Below are positions 59,399 through 64,000 of a stretch of DNA of 64,000 nt, piece by piece. The stretch spans positions 8,983 through 72,982 of the IMG/VR virus record IMGVR_UViG_3300017492_000028; one strand, 5' to 3'. The position numbers and the translations under genes are program-made. How positions within the stretch are numbered: the first letter of the stretch is position 1; every line of letters starts with the position of its first letter. The notes under the pieces are model-generated. The model was not told where the DNA came from and did not search any database. It saw nothing but the letters and a program-made list of their open reading frames with translations. This stretch comes from a virus (Duplodnaviria; Caudoviricetes).

Positions 59399-61702
59399 AT
59401 GATTGTTAGTTTAGCAAGTGATGTAGAGGTTTTTCCTAATCTATTTAGTATTGGTTTCGTAGATATTAGAAGTTATCTTCAAACCTTTGCTGATTGTGTA
59501 GATGATAAAGGAAATGCTATACCTATGACTGATAAGCTAACTGTTGCAGAAATAAAGCAACGATTAGATAGTGTTAAAAAATATAAGTTTTATATATCAG
59601 ATACTGATGATTCTCAACTACTATCTATCGTTGCTTTTATTAATAATATGCAAGCTCATTATGAAACAGATAGTTATGGTAATCAATATCCTGTAAGATA
59701 TGACGTTTATGGTTATAATTTTCAAGGTTATGATGATTATATGATTAAAGCATTTCTAATGTATTTTGATAAATATGACAATACTAAAGAATTGCTTAAT
59801 AAATTGTATGATTTGAGTAAGAAAATTATTAAATCCCAAAAGGATAAAGATAGTTTTTATAATGATAAACAACTTGATCTTATAAGGCATTATAGATTGC
59901 CGTATGCAACTGTTGATGTACAAAAGGTTTTTGCATTAAACGCTGTAACAGTTACTTATGATAAAGAGACAGGAGAAAGAAACAAGTATGGTAAACGATT
60001 AAAACAAGTTTCTATTAATCTCAAATGGTATAATCTATTGGAATTTAGTTTACCTCCTATTGATGAAGAAGAAGCTGATATATATTGGCGTAAATTTCCA
60101 GGATATAGAGGTATGAGTGTTGAGCAATTAAATACCCTTATAACACAAGATTTTGATAGATATGTTTTGCCTAAATATGTTGAGTCTATGCTTGACTATA
60201 ATTTTAATGACATATATCTTGTCGCTGAAATAGTTAGACAAAAACCCGATGAGATTAAGCTCCGTTATAGTCTTGGTAGTGCATTTAAATTAAATCTTCT
60301 ATGTAGTTCTCGTGCTAACATTGCTGACAGACTGCTAATTAAATTTTATTCTGAAATGAGCGGTCTAAAAGTTGAACAGTTTAAAGACCTTAGAACTGAA
60401 CGTACTAAACTTAGTTTTAATAAGATTATATTTCCTCATATAAAGTTTCAAACTAAAGAACTGCAAGATATGCTTGCAGAAATGAAACAAGTTGCTATTT
60501 ATCATACTAATAAAGCAAGTTTTGAGAAAGTAGTAAAATTTAAGGGTAGCACATATACTCTTGCTACGGGGGGATTGCACAGTAAAGATATACCTGCCAT
60601 TCTTAAATCAACTGACAAATATACATATATTCATTATGATATAAGCAGTTTTTATCCAAGTGTTATGGTTGCATATAAAATATGTCCTAAACACCTTAAT
60701 CAACCTGTATTTACTAAAATGGTTGATTATTTTAGAACTACTCGTATTAAATGTAAACATACGTCAGATGATGTAGAACAGTGTATTAAAGGTGTAAAGA
60801 ATAAACTAAGTGCAGAAGCATTAAAGATTGTAATAAATGCTATTTATGGTAAATTTGGCAGTGATAAATTCTGGCTATATGATAGATTTGCACAATTACA
60901 AGTTACTATTAACGGACAATTAATGGTAATGATGGTTGTAGAAGCTCTTGAACTAGGTGGAATACATGTTGTATCAGCTAATACAGACGGTATAATTGTT
61001 AAACTACCAAATGATAAACGAGAAGAATTTAAACAAATAACTGATGATTGGTGTAAACAAAATGGTTTAAGCGCAGATAGTGAGGAATATAAAATATTTG
61101 TAACAAGAGATATTAATAATTATCTTGATTTACAAACGAATGGAAAAACAGAATATAAAGGTGCTTTTGATCCAAAGCAATACATTAAAGATTTAGGTAA
61201 AGGATATGACATGCCAATAGTTGCTAAAGCTGTTGAAAATTATTTTCTTTATAATAAACCTGTAATGGAAACTTTAAAAGAAAGTAATGATATTCTTGAT
61301 TTCTGTAAAACTCAAAATGTGGGAGAACAGTTTGAAATTGTATATGATACTTTTGAAAATGGTAAATCTATAAGAAAATATAGTCAACGTAATGTTAGAT
61401 TCTATGTTTCTAAATGTGGTGTTATTATTCAAAAAGAACATAAAGCAACTAAAGCTGTTCAACGATTAGCTCATGGTTTGCCAGTGATTGTAATTAACAC
61501 GCTAGATGATAAACCTATTGAAGAACGAGAAATAGATTATAAGTATTATTATGATGAAGCATATAAGAATATTAATCCTATTATGCTTGGTATTTCTCAA
61601 TCACAAAAAGCTGATCAACTACGTGGTACAAAAAGTGGCAAAATAACTCTTAAAAAATATGCACATGATTATCAAACATTATTCACAAATGATGATTTTT
61701 AA
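59399..61702 (+). CDS. polB: Family B DNA polymerase with 3'-5' exonuclease
   Basis: DVEVF (ExoI), GYNFQGYDD (ExoII), YDISSFYPS (A), KIVINAIYGK (B), SANTDGI (C). Confidence 0.9.
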   Translation: MIVSLASDVEVFPNLFSIGFVDIRSYLQTFADCVDDKGNAIPMTDKLTVAEIKQRLDSVKKYKFYISDTDDSQLLSIVAFINNMQAHYETDSYGNQYPVRYDVYGYNFQGYDDYMIKAFLMYFDKYDNTKELLNKLYDLSKKIIKSQKDKDSFYNDKQLDLIRHYRLPYATVDVQKVFALNAVTVTYDKETGERNKYGKRLKQVSINLKWYNLLEFSLPPIDEEEADIYWRKFPGYRGMSVEQLNTLITQDFDRYVLPKYVESMLDYNFNDIYLVAEIVRQKPDEIKLRYSLGSAFKLNLLCSSRANIADRLLIKFYSEMSGLKVEQFKDLRTERTKLSFNKIIFPHIKFQTKELQDMLAEMKQVAIYHTNKASFEKVVKFKGSTYTLATGGLHSKDIPAILKSTDKYTYIHYDISSFYPSVMVAYKICPKHLNQPVFTKMVDYFRTTRIKCKHTSDDVEQCIKGVKNKLSAEALKIVINAIYGKFGSDKFWLYDRFAQLQVTINGQLMVMMVVEALELGGIHVVSANTDGIIVKLPNDKREEFKQITDDWCKQNGLSADSEEYKIFVTRDINNYLDLQTNGKTEYKGAFDPKQYIKDLGKGYDMPIVAKAVENYFLYNKPVMETLKESNDILDFCKTQNVGEQFEIVYDTFENGKSIRKYSQRNVRFYVSKCGVIIQKEHKATKAVQRLAHGLPVIVINTLDDKPIEEREIDYKYYYDEAYKNINPIMLGISQSQKADQLRGTKSGKITLKKYAHDYQTLFTNDDF

Positions 61703-61711
61703 ATAACTATT

Positions 61712-63130
61712 ATGGTAACTGCTGAACAACTATTTGAACAAGCTATCATTCATTGGAGAGATGCAAAAGGTAGAGGTACTGCTTTTATTCCTCAGCCATT
61801 GGATGATAAAGCTATGGTGTTAGGTATTCTTCAGCGAATTTATATTCGCAATCCTACACAAGAAGTTATGATTGTAGTCAATACGTATAATGAACGAATT
61901 GACTTAATACAATTTCTAACAAGACAAGGTAATGAGGAAAATGATGATGAGTTTAAAAAGTTAATTTCAACTAAGAAACTTAAACTTGTTTCCGCTAATT
62001 TGCTTGAAAATAACCTTGAGTATTTTAATATTAGATACAGATACTTAATTGTTTATCATGTTAAAGATATTAGTAAAATATTATCTGCCATGATTGAACA
62101 TGCAAAGTTTGTATGCAATGTTTATAATATTCTTGCAAGTGATGAAACAAGAAATATTCTTTATTCAACTTGTCCTTTATTGCCAGATTTCAAACAAAAT
62201 GAAATCGATAGTATTCGGAGAAGCACCCCCGTAGAAGAAGAATTGATTGGTGTTGATTTTGGTGAAGCTGATGCAGTCATTTATGATAGATATACTAAAT
62301 ATATTAATGAATCTATTGCTATATTTGGTAGTCTTGAAATAATGAATACTGCTCGTCTTGGTGATAGAAATACCAATAGGTCTGAAATGGCAGTCTGTTA
62401 TGATATTGCTAAGGAAAATGGGTGGAATGAAAGACTTGATATGAGTATTGGTTTTAATAAGCAAATAGATGCAATGTTTAATCCTAATGCTCTTAATACT
62501 CGTGCATCTGACACCTATTCATATATACATAAACGTATGGATTTCTGTACAGATTATAATGCCAAAATAGATGTAATTCTTCGTCTTGTAAAAGAAAATG
62601 TAAACAAGAAAATATTGATAATTAATAAGCGTGGTGAATTTGCAAGTATTGTTACTGCTGCTATTAATGAGCAAACTGAAGCATTATGCGCTAATTACCA
62701 TGACAAAGTAGATAATATTCCAGCTGTTGATATTAATGGACAACCAGTGTTTTATAAAAGTGGAGTAAATAAAGGCAAACGTCGTATGATGGGCGCACAA
62801 GCTCAAAGAACTCTGGCTGTGCAACAATTCAATGATGGTTTAATTAATGTATTATCTACAAGTGGTTCACCTGATAAATCTTTAAATGTTGATGTAGATA
62901 TGGTTATTATAACATCTCCTGCATGTGATGAAATCGAAAATTACATTTACAGATTGTCCTCAGTGAATTTTGTTGGCTGTCATATTCCGTTGTTTACTCT
63001 CTATTGCAAAAACAGTATAGAAGAACGTAAAGTGCTGGAAAAAGAGCAATCAAAGACGCACAAAATAGTTAATAATACTGAAAATGAGGTTTATGCTGAT
63101 AAAAATCTAGATACTATCATTGTCAATTAG
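61712..63130 (+). CDS. SF2 helicase-like protein with degenerate motifs
   Basis: 472 aa; AKGRGT N-terminal motif; C-terminal helicase-C-like KKILIIN...LAVQQFNDGLINVLST...LNVDVDMVII; no canonical Walker motifs. Confidence 0.5.
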   Translation: MVTAEQLFEQAIIHWRDAKGRGTAFIPQPLDDKAMVLGILQRIYIRNPTQEVMIVVNTYNERIDLIQFLTRQGNEENDDEFKKLISTKKLKLVSANLLENNLEYFNIRYRYLIVYHVKDISKILSAMIEHAKFVCNVYNILASDETRNILYSTCPLLPDFKQNEIDSIRRSTPVEEELIGVDFGEADAVIYDRYTKYINESIAIFGSLEIMNTARLGDRNTNRSEMAVCYDIAKENGWNERLDMSIGFNKQIDAMFNPNALNTRASDTYSYIHKRMDFCTDYNAKIDVILRLVKENVNKKILIINKRGEFASIVTAAINEQTEALCANYHDKVDNIPAVDINGQPVFYKSGVNKGKRRMMGAQAQRTLAVQQFNDGLINVLSTSGSPDKSLNVDVDMVIITSPACDEIENYIYRLSSVNFVGCHIPLFTLYCKNSIEERKVLEKEQSKTHKIVNNTENEVYADKNLDTIIVN

Positions 63131-63151
63131 AAAATAATATGTATATTTGCA
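63120..63151 (+). promoter_or_regulatory. Bacteroidota sigma-A-type promoter
   Basis: TTG-N19-TATATTTGCA upstream of 63182. Confidence 0.65.
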
Positions 63152-63181
63152 CTGTAATTAATAAACAAGCTCTTTGATTTA

Positions 63182-64000
63182 ATGAATGAACAAGTAAAAG
63201 AACCAAGTAACGGTGATAGTCGTACATTGGCTATTAGACATGACGAAGCTCATACCGGTCTAAGTGTTCTAAATCTTCTTGATGATAAACAACTTGCAAG
63301 TGCAGAAGTTTTCTTAAAGAAGTTACTAACTACTGAAAAAGGTGGTATTAAAAGCGTTAATGAGGGTTTAGCTATTCTTATGAGAGCGCAAGATTTGCAA
63401 CTACCTTTTAGTACATGTATAGAACACATCCATGTTATTAATGGTAAAACAGGTGTTGATATTCATATCATTAAATCGTTATTATCGAGGGCAGGAGTAG
63501 TTTGGGAATGTACTAAAGATTATACTCCACAGTATAATTATACTGACGGTAATACGATTTATCTTGAAACACAATTACCAAATTATTGTGTTAAATGTCG
63601 TACCGCTGAAGAAGCAGTAAAAGCTTCTAATGGCGAAACTGTTGGTGTGTATCCGCTCAAATGGTATGTAGATTTAGGTGGTAATATATATAATGAGTTT
63701 CAAGTAAGCGATAAATGTGTGAAATGTATCAATCGTGTACAAGCTAATAAAGTTAAAAGCGAGGGTAAATTTCCTGTTATTCGTGTACCTGCACAACCTA
63801 TTGATTATGTTACCGAATATAAATTTACAAGGTGGCAAATGGTTGGTGGTAAACGTGTTGAAAGACATGCTACAAGTCATTTTAGCTACAGTGAAGCACA
63901 AGCAGCTGATTTCTTTAAGAAAGATACTTATAAGAATTATGCTCGTGTAATGATTGGTCACAGAGCTTTTACTCTTGGAGCAAGAGATATAGCAAGTGAT
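63182..64000 (+). CDS. RecT/Bet-like single-strand annealing protein, truncated by the window end (not in the ORF track)
   Basis: Hand translation MNEQVKEP...IHVINGK...FSYSEAQAADFFKKDTYKNYARVMIGHRAFTLGARDIASD is open to 64000 and matches the RecT-family pattern. Confidence 0.7.
   Translation, partial: MNEQVKEPSNGDSRTLAIRHDEAHTGLSVLNLLDDKQLASAEVFLKKLLTTEKGGIKSVNEGLAILMRAQDLQLPFSTCIEHIHVINGKTGVDIHIIKSLLSRAGVVWECTKDYTPQYNYTDGNTIYLETQLPNYCVKCRTAEEAVKASNGETVGVYPLKWYVDLGGNIYNEFQVSDKCVKCINRVQANKVKSEGKFPVIRVPAQPIDYVTEYKFTRWQMVGGKRVERHATSHFSYSEAQAADFFKKDTYKNYARVMIGHRAFTLGARDIASD

Noticed and set aside
44292-61702. Inteins, self-splicing introns or homing endonucleases in terminase or polymerase
   Set aside because: The genes are contiguous and of ordinary length, with no LAGLIDADG, HNH or intein-junction motifs recognised.
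1-64000. Stop-codon reassignment (TAG or TGA), known in some crAss-like phages
   Set aside because: Terminase, portal, capsid, polymerase and helicase are all full length in the standard code, and TAG/TGA end genes at sensible coupled junctions.

Overview
The window is about two thirds of a crAss-like (Crassvirales, Bacteroidota-infecting) phage genome. It is AT-rich and reads intact in the standard genetic code. From 50.5 kb down to position 1, a minus-strand block runs: PD-(D/E)XK nuclease, endolysin, spanin-like genes, terminase, portal, scaffold-like protein, major capsid protein, head/tail ring proteins, a long tail-fibre module, a self-contained five-gene unknown cassette, muzzle, cargo proteins, and the 5' end of a further gene, probably the giant virion RNA polymerase. 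A 50.5-54 kb switch region is rich in non-coding structure. From 51 kb a plus-strand block carries small early genes, an SF1 helicase, a family B DNA polymerase, an SF2-like protein and a RecT-like annealase running off the window end. The most striking unexplained signal is a GC-rich, non-palindromic motif, CCCCC(C)GTAG(A)RRAA. I count 19 copies in both orientations, 16 of them inside genes and in four reading frames. Other notable items: paralogous N- and C-terminal modules shared by the tail-fibre genes, including two unannotated micropeptides that consist only of the N-module; a nearly C-free 365-bp purine tract with a mirror pyrimidine tract; iteron-like 24-bp repeats; and a branched palindrome in the switch region. 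All family calls come from motif recognition and gene order, not database searches.
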